DNA from: Bacteroidales bacterium
GTDB lineage: Bacteria > Bacteroidota > Bacteroidia > Bacteroidales > ML635J-15
DNA: 64,000 bases
Assembly (NCBI GenBank): GCA_017617125.1
Contig: JAFZWY010000008.1
Coordinates: 78,386-142,385, forward strand
Reading direction: 5' to 3'
Shown: piece by piece, positions 55,614 through 63,770 of the stretch
How positions within the stretch are numbered: position 1 is the first letter of the stretch
How the letters are laid out: every line of letters begins with the position of its first letter
Position numbers and translations under genes: made by a program
Notes under the pieces: generated by a model
Told to the model about the DNA's origin: nothing
Seen by the model: the letters and a program-made list of their open reading frames with translations, nothing else
Databases searched by the model: none

Positions 55614-56855
55614 TTACTCAGTCAAACACATGTCCAAGTCCTTGCAAATTTGCTCTTTGTCCATGTTTTGTCCAATGAATACCAGTTTTTGCATGCGGTC
55701 TCCGTATGTGTCGTCCCAGTCGCGTAGGATGGCTGGATTGCGCAGGATGAGGTCCTCAAGTTCGTCGTCGGGCATAGTGGCAAACCATTGTCCTGCATCG
55801 CGTAGCGAGATTTGCTTGCCAGCCTGCTCGAATACGTAGCAGGTGTCTTCTTCGTTCTTGAAGTAGCACATGCCTTTGCAGCGTATTACGCTTTTGGGCA
55901 TCTTGCGGGCGACAAATTCGTCGAAGCGACCGAGGTTGAACGGACGGCGGTTCTTATATACAAAGGTGCTGATGTTGTATTCCTCGGTTTCACCGCCTTC
56001 GTGGTGATGCTCGTGGTCGTGGTGGTGATGTTCGTGATGATGTCCATGCTCATGTTCTTCATGTTCATGCTCATGGTGATGCTCGTGTTCATCGTGGTCG
56101 TCGTCATCGTCGTCATCATCATGGATGTCTTCCACTTCGCGAATCCATGTGGCTGCCGTCACTGTTCTGTCGAAGTCAAAAAGTCCAGTTTCCAATATCA
56201 TGTCAAAATCGACTTTTCCGTAGTCGCATTCTATGATTTCTGCCTTCGACTGCAGTGCGCGGATAATTTCCTTCAGGCGGTTGCGTTCGCTTTCACTGAT
56301 TTCAGACGCCTTGTTCAGCAATACGATGTTGCAGAACTCAATCTGCTGGATTACAAGGTTTTCAAGGTCGTCGTCGCCTATGTTCTTCTTGGTAAGGCTT
56401 TCCCCGCAACCAAATTCGTCCTTCATGCGCAATGCGTCAACTACGGTTACAATGCAGTCGAGGTAAGGAATACCATGACGGGTGTATTTTTCTTCGAGTG
56501 TCGGTATCGAGCAGATTGTCTGTGCAATTGGTAAAGGCTCGCATATTCCGCTGGCTTCGATTACAATGTAGTCGAACTTGTGCTGGCTTACAATGTCATT
56601 AAGTTGTTCTACCAGGTCCATCTTCAGCGTGCAGCAGATACATCCGTTCTGCAATGCAACAAGGCTGTCGTCCTTTTGTCCGACGACACCACCTTTTTCT
56701 ATCAGGTCTGCATCGATGTTTACCTCGCCGATGTCGTTGACGATTACAGCGAACTTAATGCCTTTCTGGTTGGTAAGTATGTTGTTAACCAATGTGGTTT
56801 TCCCGCTTCCGAGGTATCCGGTAAGCAATAGTACTGGTATGTTATTTTTCTGCAT
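55614..56855 (-). CDS. CobW/COG0523 family GTPase metallochaperone with His/Asp/Glu-rich insert
   Basis: P-loop GYLGSGKTTL, the CxCC motif GCICCT, and the insert HDDDDDDDHDEHEHHHEHEHEEHEHGHHHEHHHHDHEHHHEG. The ATG at 56855 is preferred over the TTG at 56861. Confidence 0.85.
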   Translation of the reverse strand: MQKNNIPVLLLTGYLGSGKTTLVNNILTNQKGIKFAVIVNDIGEVNIDADLIEKGGVVGQKDDSLVALQNGCICCTLKMDLVEQLNDIVSQHKFDYIVIEASGICEPLPIAQTICSIPTLEEKYTRHGIPYLDCIVTVVDALRMKDEFGCGESLTKKNIGDDDLENLVIQQIEFCNIVLLNKASEISESERNRLKEIIRALQSKAEIIECDYGKVDFDMILETGLFDFDRTVTAATWIREVEDIHDDDDDDDDHDEHEHHHEHEHEEHEHGHHHEHHHHDHEHHHEGGETEEYNISTFVYKNRRPFNLGRFDEFVARKMPKSVIRCKGMCYFKNEEDTCYVFEQAGKQISLRDAGQWFATMPDDELEDLILRNPAILRDWDDTYGDRMQKLVFIGQNMDKEQICKDLDMCLTE

Positions 56856-56871
56856 GGTCAAAAATTTTTCG

Positions 56872-56879
56872 CAAAGATA
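56872..56879 (-). promoter_or_regulatory. -7 promoter box (TAnnTTTG)
   Basis: Minus-strand TATCTTTG, 16 nt upstream of the ATG at 56855. Confidence 0.5.
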
Positions 56880-56903
56880 ATATTATTTACGATTTGTTGT
56901 GAT

Positions 56904-56922
56904 GCAATGCATTGCGCCGCTA
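56904..56922. repeat. Palindrome gcaatgcattgc plus flank, inverted copy of 32349-32367
   Basis: gcaatgcattgcgccgcta is the exact reverse complement of tagcggcgcaatgcattgc. Confidence 0.85.
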
Positions 56923-56990
56923 TAAATTACCGAGAAGCAATTTTCATTGACAAAATTTCCTTTCTCACATTGATGATATCCTTTTTTTAC

Positions 56991-56998
56991 TATCTTTG
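56991..56998 (+). promoter_or_regulatory. -7 promoter box (TAnnTTTG)
   Basis: TATCTTTG, 19 nt upstream of the ATG at 57018. Confidence 0.5.
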
Positions 56999-57017
56999 CA
57001 GACAAAGTTGTTTGGAA

Positions 57018-58685
57018 ATGAGAATAGCGAAGATATTGGCAGTAACCTTATTGTGCATTGTGCTTGATATGCATCTTGCCAAAGGGGACGAGATTGATTC
57101 CTTGTTGGTGGAATTTGACAAGAACCCAACGGTAATGCTGTCGAACAGGTTGATGCAATGCTTTGCAGAAAAGCAGATAGCCGAAAGTGCCATTACTTTC
57201 GACAACAATGTACCCGCCGACACTTTGCGTAAGACAATCAGTTTCTGGGCTAGCGAATGGTACTTTGCCACACAGCGTTACGACAAAGGTGCGGAATACA
57301 GCTTGGTAGCATTGCCGTTGCTGCAGGCCAGTGGCGACAAGGAGAACGAGCGCGAATGCTTGAGCGTGCTTGCAATATGCTACATGCGTCAGTCTAAATA
57401 CGACGACGCTATCAAATACGCCGAACTTTGCAACCATCTCGACCGCGAATCTGGCGACCCCGACCGCATCAGCGCGTCGTTTAACATCATTGGCTCGATA
57501 TATGTTGCCGCCAAGCAGTCGCAGCAAGGTCTCGTCTATTTGCAGGAAGCCTTGGTATATGCCGAAAAAACTGGAGATCCTGTCAGAATAGCGCGCACTT
57601 GCGGAACTTTGTCGGAAACCGAGTTCTCTCTCGGTCATTTCGACAACGCAATTCAGTATGTCGACCGTGCAATCAAGCTCGACCGTCAGCATAACGGCGA
57701 AATCTACCTTAGCATCCATCTAGCACAGAAAGCTACGATCTTGGTTGAGATGGGGCACAGCAAGGAAGCCGTCGCGATTTTCGACTCCATAATACCATTT
57801 TTCCGCAAGTGCGGCAACCTGCAGTCGTTGGCTATCTCGTTGAACCAGAACGGTACTGCGCTTATGGCTCTCGGTAAGAAGCGCCAGGCAGTCGATAATT
57901 TCAGGGAGGCTGCCGAACTGTGCAACAAGATGAGCAATCCTCTCAACGAACTGCAAGCGCGAAAAGGTCTTTACGAGGCTTTATGGGATATAAATCCCGA
58001 CAGTGCTAAGATAGAACTCGAAAAGTACAACGACATCAAGAACAAGCTTTACTACAGCGGTGCTACCGAAAGTCTAGCCCGATATACAGCCGAGTATGGC
58101 AACGAACAGCTGTCGGACGAAAACCAGAAGGTAAAACATAACAATATATTATTAGGTGTAGGAATTTTGGTGGCTGTCTTGCTATTGGGAGTCATTGTGT
58201 TTTTCTACATGCGCGTCCGCAAACGTTCTAGGCTGCAGCAATTACGTTTGAATCAGATCTCTCTCGACTTCAGCGAGTTGAAGAACAATTACGACCAGCT
58301 TTATGGAAAGTATGCAAATGCCATAAGGCCCGAGAAAAAAGATGCCGACGAACTTTCGGATAGCGACAAGCAATTCCTTTCGAAGACGATGACTATCATC
58401 AACGACCAGATAGATGCTTCGTGCGTCAATGTCGACGAATTGTCGTCGAAACTTGCCATGAGCACCTCGCAGTTCCGCCGTCGTCTGGCCGCAGTTGCCG
58501 ACACTACGCCGCAGGCTTACATCACAAGCATCAGAATGCAGAAGGCCCGTAACTTGCTCGATACCGATTCGTCGCTTTCAATTCTCGACATTGCTATCCG
58601 TTGCGGTTACGACGACCAGTCGAGCTTCACCCGCGCATTCAAGAAATTCTTCGGCAAATCCCCAACCGAATACAAAGGAAAATAG
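57018..58685 (+). CDS. Membrane-anchored TPR sensor fused to an AraC-type HTH regulator
   Basis: Start at the ATG at 57018 (MRIAKILAVTLLCIV). It has an extracytoplasmic TPR-like repeat region and a TM segment ILLGVGILVAVLLLGVIVFFYM. The C-terminal IAIRCGYDDQSSFTRAFKKFFGKSPTEY is the AraC signature. Confidence 0.8.
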   Translation: MRIAKILAVTLLCIVLDMHLAKGDEIDSLLVEFDKNPTVMLSNRLMQCFAEKQIAESAITFDNNVPADTLRKTISFWASEWYFATQRYDKGAEYSLVALPLLQASGDKENERECLSVLAICYMRQSKYDDAIKYAELCNHLDRESGDPDRISASFNIIGSIYVAAKQSQQGLVYLQEALVYAEKTGDPVRIARTCGTLSETEFSLGHFDNAIQYVDRAIKLDRQHNGEIYLSIHLAQKATILVEMGHSKEAVAIFDSIIPFFRKCGNLQSLAISLNQNGTALMALGKKRQAVDNFREAAELCNKMSNPLNELQARKGLYEALWDINPDSAKIELEKYNDIKNKLYYSGATESLARYTAEYGNEQLSDENQKVKHNNILLGVGILVAVLLLGVIVFFYMRVRKRSRLQQLRLNQISLDFSELKNNYDQLYGKYANAIRPEKKDADELSDSDKQFLSKTMTIINDQIDASCVNVDELSSKLAMSTSQFRRRLAAVADTTPQAYITSIRMQKARNLLDTDSSLSILDIAIRCGYDDQSSFTRAFKKFFGKSPTEYKGK

Positions 58686-58730
58686 TTAAAAGTTAAGAGT
58701 TAAAAGTTAAGAGTTGAAAGTTGAAAGTCT

Positions 58731-58759
58731 GTAGAGTCGTTGCGAGCAACGACCTCTAC
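58731..58759. repeat. GC-rich palindrome with terminal GTAG/CTAC
   Basis: gtagagtcgttgc ga gcaacgacctctac (one bulge). Confidence 0.7.
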
Positions 58760-58794
58760 TATTCAAATTCTTAACCTTTAGTTCGCGCAACCAA

Positions 58795-58856
58795 ATCGTT
58801 GAACCCTTAAACGTTGAACGTTGAACCTTGAACCTCGAATCTTCAAATCTTCAAAT
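58795..58856. repeat. Periodic tract (ttgaac / cttcaaat words)
   Basis: cgttgaacccttaaacgttgaacgttgaaccttgaacctcgaatcttcaaatcttcaaat. Confidence 0.65.
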
Positions 58857-58957
58857 AAAAAAAATCTTCCCCCTGCGAAGCCCTAAAAACGGACTTATGC
58901 AAAATCTTATACTTGAATCTACTGGAAATCAATAGTTTGTAGATTCTGCACAATCTG

Positions 58958-59000
58958 CATTTTGCAACATTTTGCACAAACTTTGCTCGAAAATGCAAAA
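58958..59000 (+). promoter_or_regulatory. Candidate operator: CATTTTGCA direct repeat plus inverted TGCAAAA
   Basis: CATTTTGCA occurs at 58958-58966 and 58968-58976 (10-nt phasing). The inverted TGCAAAA is at 58994-59000. All lie 20-65 nt upstream of the -7 box at 59021. Confidence 0.35.
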
Positions 59001-59020
59001 CCAGTCTCCCTATACAGCCA

Positions 59021-59028
59021 TAATTTTG
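59021..59028 (+). promoter_or_regulatory. -7 promoter box (TAnnTTTG)
   Basis: TAATTTTG, 92 nt upstream of the ATG at 59121. Confidence 0.45.
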
Positions 59029-59120
59029 CTTTCGAAAACAAACACAAATTAGTAATTGATTTTTGTAGTTGTAGACGAAAAATTAAGTAACAAAAATAAT
59101 AACATCTAAAATTTAATATT

Positions 59121-60116
59121 ATGGTAAGAGTTAGTACATTTTTTAAGGTTATGGCATTGTTGGCCATTATGTTTGGTGTAAGTTTCAATGCCGAGGCTCA
59201 ACTTTTGGGCGGAATCGCAAAGGCAATAAAAAATAAATCGCAGCAGTCAAAACAGGAAAAAGCAATGGAAACGCCTACAGGCGATGCAAAAGATGCAAAG
59301 AATGGTCCAGCAACTTTTTCTGTAGGTAGAGACGGCGAATTGCAAGCTTGTACATGGAATCCCGAAACACTCGAGATTACAATGCTCTGCGATATTGCGG
59401 GCAACAAGAAAGGCGATGTAATTAAGTACGACCCAAGCACTGGCAAGTTTACAAATAACCGTGGCGAGTACAAAGGTTCTATGAGTGAAGATGGGACTAT
59501 TGAATCAATACATATTGGAACGATGAAGTTTGTGGTAAAAACTTATGGAAATACTACAAAGTATACCGTAAATAAAGATGGCAAGCAAATCGGTAATCTT
59601 ACAGCAGACCATTTTGTTTCGTTAGCTATTATGGGACCGTATACAGGTAACCCGAGCCGTTTGCTTACTGCGTATGTATATTATGGGCTTTTGCTTGACA
59701 AGAGAACATACTCAATTAATATATTGAAGTTCGATCCTGAATTAAAATATACTGTTGAGCAGTTGGATGACAAGGTTAAATGGATGGATCAAGAATCTAT
59801 CAACAAAATTATGAAGTACGAATCGTCGCTTCCAGGAGCTGGTTTCAAGGAAACATATCCCGAGTTCAAGAACTGCAAGGTTGCTGCAGTTGGACTGATG
59901 AGCAATCAGTGGGCAGAAAGAACAGAAACAGATAGACAGGGATACAAACATTGGTTCTATGTATGTGATTATTGGGTTGTTTACGAACTCGCCGACGGAC
60001 GCAATGTTGTTACATTCAGTGTTGCACGCGAAAATAGTAGATACGGCGATGTAATATCAAAGTGGCAGGTACACGATGGCGAATTTAACGAAGTTTCCGA
60101 CTGGGTACGTAAATAA
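59121..60116 (+). CDS. Hypothetical secreted protein (331 aa)
   Basis: Signal peptide ending FNAEAQLLGGIAKAIKNK, an N-terminus paralogous to the next gene. Confidence 0.6.
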   Translation: MVRVSTFFKVMALLAIMFGVSFNAEAQLLGGIAKAIKNKSQQSKQEKAMETPTGDAKDAKNGPATFSVGRDGELQACTWNPETLEITMLCDIAGNKKGDVIKYDPSTGKFTNNRGEYKGSMSEDGTIESIHIGTMKFVVKTYGNTTKYTVNKDGKQIGNLTADHFVSLAIMGPYTGNPSRLLTAYVYYGLLLDKRTYSINILKFDPELKYTVEQLDDKVKWMDQESINKIMKYESSLPGAGFKETYPEFKNCKVAAVGLMSNQWAERTETDRQGYKHWFYVCDYWVVYELADGRNVVTFSVARENSRYGDVISKWQVHDGEFNEVSDWVRK

Positions 60117-60146
60117 TAAGTGTAAAACATTAAAAATATAATTGAT

Positions 60147-61463
60147 ATGAGAAATTTAGGAATGTATTTAAGAATGACAGCATTGATGGCTGTTATGATG
60201 GGCTTCTGCTTCAGCGCCGAGGCTCAGTTGGGTGGAGTGCTAAACAAGGCAAAGAACAAGGCAGTTCAGCAGATTCAGCACAACCAGTCGCAGACCGACA
60301 AGACGCAGAACGGAAAAAGTCAGCAACAAAATTCAAACACACAGCAACAGAATTCAAGCACCCAGACGCAGAATTCAAGCAGCCCGAAAGCACAGCAACA
60401 GCAATCTTTAAGCCCTATTGATAAGGCTGCATTGGATAAGATGTCGCCGTATGAGACTGCTGCCGACTACAACTTCCATGTTGCAACCACAGTCACCAAG
60501 GAGTCGGCGCCCGAGGACATTGTTCGTGCCTGTCTTTTCTTCGAATACGCGCTCAGCCTTAGATATGGTATCGACTACGATGTGCTTATCGGTGCGTTGC
60601 CACAGGCTAAATTTGTAATTGGTTATGTGTCCGGTGATTGGCCGGTGACAACTGGAGAACTCTACAGGATGAGTAGTGAATTGTCGAACAAGTCGCCGTG
60701 GAATAATTCGTCTTCCGACCGCGATGTCGTTTCCGATTTTCTCAGCTTGGTAAATATGGGACAATTCCAGTCGTACGGTACATTATATAATATGTTTGTA
60801 AAGACCGCGCTGGAGGCGGGCGTATCGCCGCTCAACGATATCAGCGGATATGTTCGCGAACAACTCGACAAGATGAACACCTGCAAGACTGTTGCTGCAA
60901 AGATGTGGTTTATTCGTGAAATCTTGCATTGGATTGATACAGAAATAGTTGGACAAGGTAAGATTTTCCCGACTGCAGAAAAACTTTATCTCAACGAATT
61001 GAAGTCGGCAATGGACCAGATGCCTGCCGATTCGATTGCAAATCTTCCTATTAAGTTCCGCACTGCCGATGAACTCGACAAGGCTCGTATTGCACATTGT
61101 GAGAAGGCTACTAGATCGGTAAGTAAGCCGTCGTCGCGTGATGCTGTAATAGAGAAAAATCTCAAGACCCAGCTCAAGGCAAACTATCCGTCAATGCAAC
61201 TTGTTGAAGCTTTTTGTCCTTCCGATGCTACTGCAAAATGGGACATCTCTAAAAATTCTGTCGGCATTCCAGAGTACCGTCTCAAATATGCTGAGGTTAT
61301 CATTATCGACGATGAACACCCAGGTCACAAGTTGGCTACACAGTACCCAATCCGTCAGGATTATATAGGTGGTGGCAAATATGGAGAATCGAGGTTTGTT
61401 GCCAATGCTACAACAGAGAAATATCTGTACGGTAAGTTCCATTGGTATTTTGTAAACTATTAG
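60147..61463 (+). CDS. Hypothetical secreted protein (438 aa) with Gln/Ser/Asn-rich linker
   Basis: Signal peptide ending FSAEAQLGGVLNKAKNK, then the low-complexity QIQHNQSQTDKTQNGKSQQQNSNTQQQNSSTQTQNSSSPKAQQQQS. Confidence 0.6.
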   Translation: MRNLGMYLRMTALMAVMMGFCFSAEAQLGGVLNKAKNKAVQQIQHNQSQTDKTQNGKSQQQNSNTQQQNSSTQTQNSSSPKAQQQQSLSPIDKAALDKMSPYETAADYNFHVATTVTKESAPEDIVRACLFFEYALSLRYGIDYDVLIGALPQAKFVIGYVSGDWPVTTGELYRMSSELSNKSPWNNSSSDRDVVSDFLSLVNMGQFQSYGTLYNMFVKTALEAGVSPLNDISGYVREQLDKMNTCKTVAAKMWFIREILHWIDTEIVGQGKIFPTAEKLYLNELKSAMDQMPADSIANLPIKFRTADELDKARIAHCEKATRSVSKPSSRDAVIEKNLKTQLKANYPSMQLVEAFCPSDATAKWDISKNSVGIPEYRLKYAEVIIIDDEHPGHKLATQYPIRQDYIGGGKYGESRFVANATTEKYLYGKFHWYFVNY

Positions 61464-61470
61464 GATAATT

Positions 61471-61561
61471 AATGGGCTAAAAGGCTAGAAGAAGACCAGT
61501 CTAGCAGAAGACCAGTCTGTCTGTCTGTCTGCAAGACTGTTAGACAGTAAGCCTGTTAGCC
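61471..61561 (+). repeat. Stop-proximal hairpin element (AATGGGCTAAAAGGC ... GCCTGTTAGCC)
   Basis: It starts 7 nt after the TAG. The ends ggctaaaaggc / gcctgttagcc are complementary with one mismatch. Internal words agaagaccagtct x2 and gtct x3. Confidence 0.65.
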
Positions 61562-61600
61562 AAACAAGAAATAGAATTATTAATTTAAAAATTTTAAGAT

Positions 61601-61969
61601 ATGAAAAAAACATTAGTACTTTTGGCAAGCATAGCATTCGCATTGGTAATGCTTTATTCGTGCAACAACGGTTCAAAAACCGAAGAATCAGAATCAAACT
61701 CTCCGTTTGTAAAGGGACAGTGGACGCTTAACTTCTTTGGCGAAATCACTACCTATCAGTTCAACGATGACATGACTGGAAAGTTTATATCATCGAATGC
61801 TAGTGACAGTTATGATTTTACTTACGAGACAACGACTGATTCCATATTCTTCACCAATGTTGCAGACAAATCGGTAAAGAGATATGCTTACACATTTATC
61901 AATGATGACAAGCTGAGATTTAATTATCCAGGTCACAATATGGTATATGATCGCGAAAAGCGTAAGTAA
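61601..61969 (+). CDS. Small lipoprotein (122 aa), paralog of the gene starting at 63771
   Basis: Lipobox LVMLYSC. The first ~70 nt of the CDS plus ~25 nt upstream are nearly identical to 63745-63840. Confidence 0.65.
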   Translation: MKKTLVLLASIAFALVMLYSCNNGSKTEESESNSPFVKGQWTLNFFGEITTYQFNDDMTGKFISSNASDSYDFTYETTTDSIFFTNVADKSVKRYAYTFINDDKLRFNYPGHNMVYDREKRK

Positions 61970-62112
61970 ACATGTAATCATTCCACCAATAATATTTTTA
62001 GATCGGCTGTAGGTTTGTTGTCCCCCAAAGCTTTAAGGCTCAGGTGGACAACGAACTCCAAGCCAAAGCAAAAAAATGAACATTGAACGTTAAATTTTTA
62101 AAATTATTGAAT

Positions 62113-62799
62113 ATGAAGAAGTTATTATTATTTTTCGCCATTGTTTCTGTAGCAGGAATGTTGGCAAGTTGTAATGGCAATGGTAAGACTGCCGAAGCCT
62201 CAAGTGAAGAAAACGCAGCAGAAGCCGAAGAAATCGGAATGTTGCAAGGTTATTGCTATGTTGACCTTGGTTTGTCGGTAAACTGGGCAACCTGCAATGT
62301 AGGTGCAAATGCTCCCGAAGAAGTAGGATACTATTTTGCTTGGGGTGAAACCTCAAAAAAGGACAACTATACTGCAGAATCCAATAAATATTTTGGAAAG
62401 CAAGGCGAATTTGCCCCAGAATATACCAAGTACAATAGTGACGACAATTTGACAAAACTGGAAGCCGATGACGATGCTGCAACCTCCAACTGGGGAACAA
62501 GCTGGCGTACGCCAACCAAAGATGAATTCAAGGAACTTATAGAAAAGTGCACTTGGACTTGGAAGGGTAACGGCTACGAGGTAAAGGGCGCAAACGGAAA
62601 ATGCATTTTCTTCCCTGTTACCGGAACTTATAGTGGAGACAAGCTTTTCAATGAAAAGATAGACGGCTTTTACTGGGCAAGCACTATGTACTCATCCAGC
62701 AAAGCAGAATATATGGCATTCTCTGAACTAATAGAACCGCACAATAGCAATGGTGGACGCTGCGATGGTCAGTGTGTTCGTCCAGTTTGCGCAAAATAA
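62113..62799 (+). CDS. Lipoprotein of the FISUMP/DUF1566-like paralogous family (tentative)
   Basis: Start at the ATG at 62113, lipobox MLASC. The motifs VDLGLSVNWATCNVGA, YFAWGE and WRTPTKDEFKELI. The family name is from memory. Confidence 0.55.
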   Translation: MKKLLLFFAIVSVAGMLASCNGNGKTAEASSEENAAEAEEIGMLQGYCYVDLGLSVNWATCNVGANAPEEVGYYFAWGETSKKDNYTAESNKYFGKQGEFAPEYTKYNSDDNLTKLEADDDAATSNWGTSWRTPTKDEFKELIEKCTWTWKGNGYEVKGANGKCIFFPVTGTYSGDKLFNEKIDGFYWASTMYSSSKAEYMAFSELIEPHNSNGGRCDGQCVRPVCAK

Positions 62800-62884
62800 T
62801 GGGCTAAAAGGCTAGCTGCCCCCACATGCCTTAAGGTCATTAACGGCCTTAAGGGCCTTAAAGATGGGGGCAAGTAGCCTTTGT
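62798..62884 (+). repeat. Stop-proximal long hairpin element
   Basis: aatgggctaaaaggctagctgcccccacatgccttaagg ... ccttaaagatgggggcaagtagcctttg. It overlaps the TAA and is almost identical to 63633-63716. Confidence 0.85.
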
Positions 62885-62937
62885 TACCAACCAAGAAACT
62901 CTTAAACTTTGAACTTTTGAACCTTGAACTTTAAATC

Positions 62938-63633
62938 ATGAAGAAATTGATGTTATTTTTCGTCATCGTTTCTGTAGCAGGAATGTTGGCAAGTTGCAAT
63001 GGCAATGGCAAGACTGCCGAAGCCGGAAGCGAAGAAGGAGCAGCAACTGGTACTCTTGCCGGTCACGAATGGGTTGATCTTGGTTTGTCGGTAAACTGGG
63101 CAACCTGCAATATTGGAGCAAGCAAGCCCGAGGAGTATGGCGATTACTTTTCATGGGGCGAGCCTTCAACAAAGGAGAATTTTGAATGGACATCATATAG
63201 TATGTGTAAGGGTAGCGACACCAAGCTTACAAAGTATTGCAATGTCTCAAAATACGGTGACAACGATTTTACCGACAATTTGACTACTTTGGAGAGTTCC
63301 GACGATGCGGCTACTGCAAATTGGGGCAAGGAGTGGCGTATGCCTTCTCAAGCAGAGTTTCAGGAGTTGCTGAATAAATGTACTTGGACATGGAAGGATA
63401 ACGGCTATGAGGTAAAAGGTCTAAACGGAAATACAATTTTCTTCCCAATTACTGGTTCTAAATCTGGTCGTGCTTTGTTCGATGACGGTAAAAGAGTAGA
63501 GTATTGGTCAAATTCAGTCAACACCGACTATCCGTGTTATGCCTACGATATTATAATGGATTCGATACACTATAAAATCAACTACCAGAACAGACATTAT
63601 GGAAATCCTATCCGTCCAGTTTGTGCAAAATAA
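62938..63633 (+). CDS. Lipoprotein, paralog of 62113-62799
   Basis: It has the same signal peptide and lipobox and shares exact blocks gtttctgtagcaggaatgttggcaagttg and cttggtttgtcggtaaactgggcaacctgcaat. The motif WRMPSQAEFQELL is present. Confidence 0.55.
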   Translation: MKKLMLFFVIVSVAGMLASCNGNGKTAEAGSEEGAATGTLAGHEWVDLGLSVNWATCNIGASKPEEYGDYFSWGEPSTKENFEWTSYSMCKGSDTKLTKYCNVSKYGDNDFTDNLTTLESSDDAATANWGKEWRMPSQAEFQELLNKCTWTWKDNGYEVKGLNGNTIFFPITGSKSGRALFDDGKRVEYWSNSVNTDYPCYAYDIIMDSIHYKINYQNRHYGNPIRPVCAK

Positions 63634-63716
63634 AGGCTAAAAGGCTAGCTGCCCCCACATGCCTTAAGGTCTTTAAAGGCCTTAAGGGCCTTAAAGATGG
63701 GGGCAAGTAGCCTTTG
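63633..63716 (+). repeat. Stop-proximal long hairpin element, second copy
   Basis: aaggctaaaaggctagctgcccccacatgccttaaggtc...gggggcaagtagcctttg. Confidence 0.85.
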
Positions 63717-63770
63717 TGCCCGACCTAGAAACTTAAAAACAACAGAATTATTAATTTAAAATTTTAAGAC

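Noticed and set aside
55985-56130. A His/Asp/Glu-rich low-complexity run inside the cobW-like gene, which could be a frameshift or an insertion artefact.
   Set aside because: The frame is continuous, and such His-rich inserts are a known feature of COG0523 zinc or metal chaperones.
58686-59120. A possible invertible promoter (inverton) in the 435-nt gap upstream of the secreted-protein cluster.
   Set aside because: I looked for flanking inverted repeats of at least 12 nt and found only direct word repeats and one internal palindrome. No site-specific recombinase is nearby.
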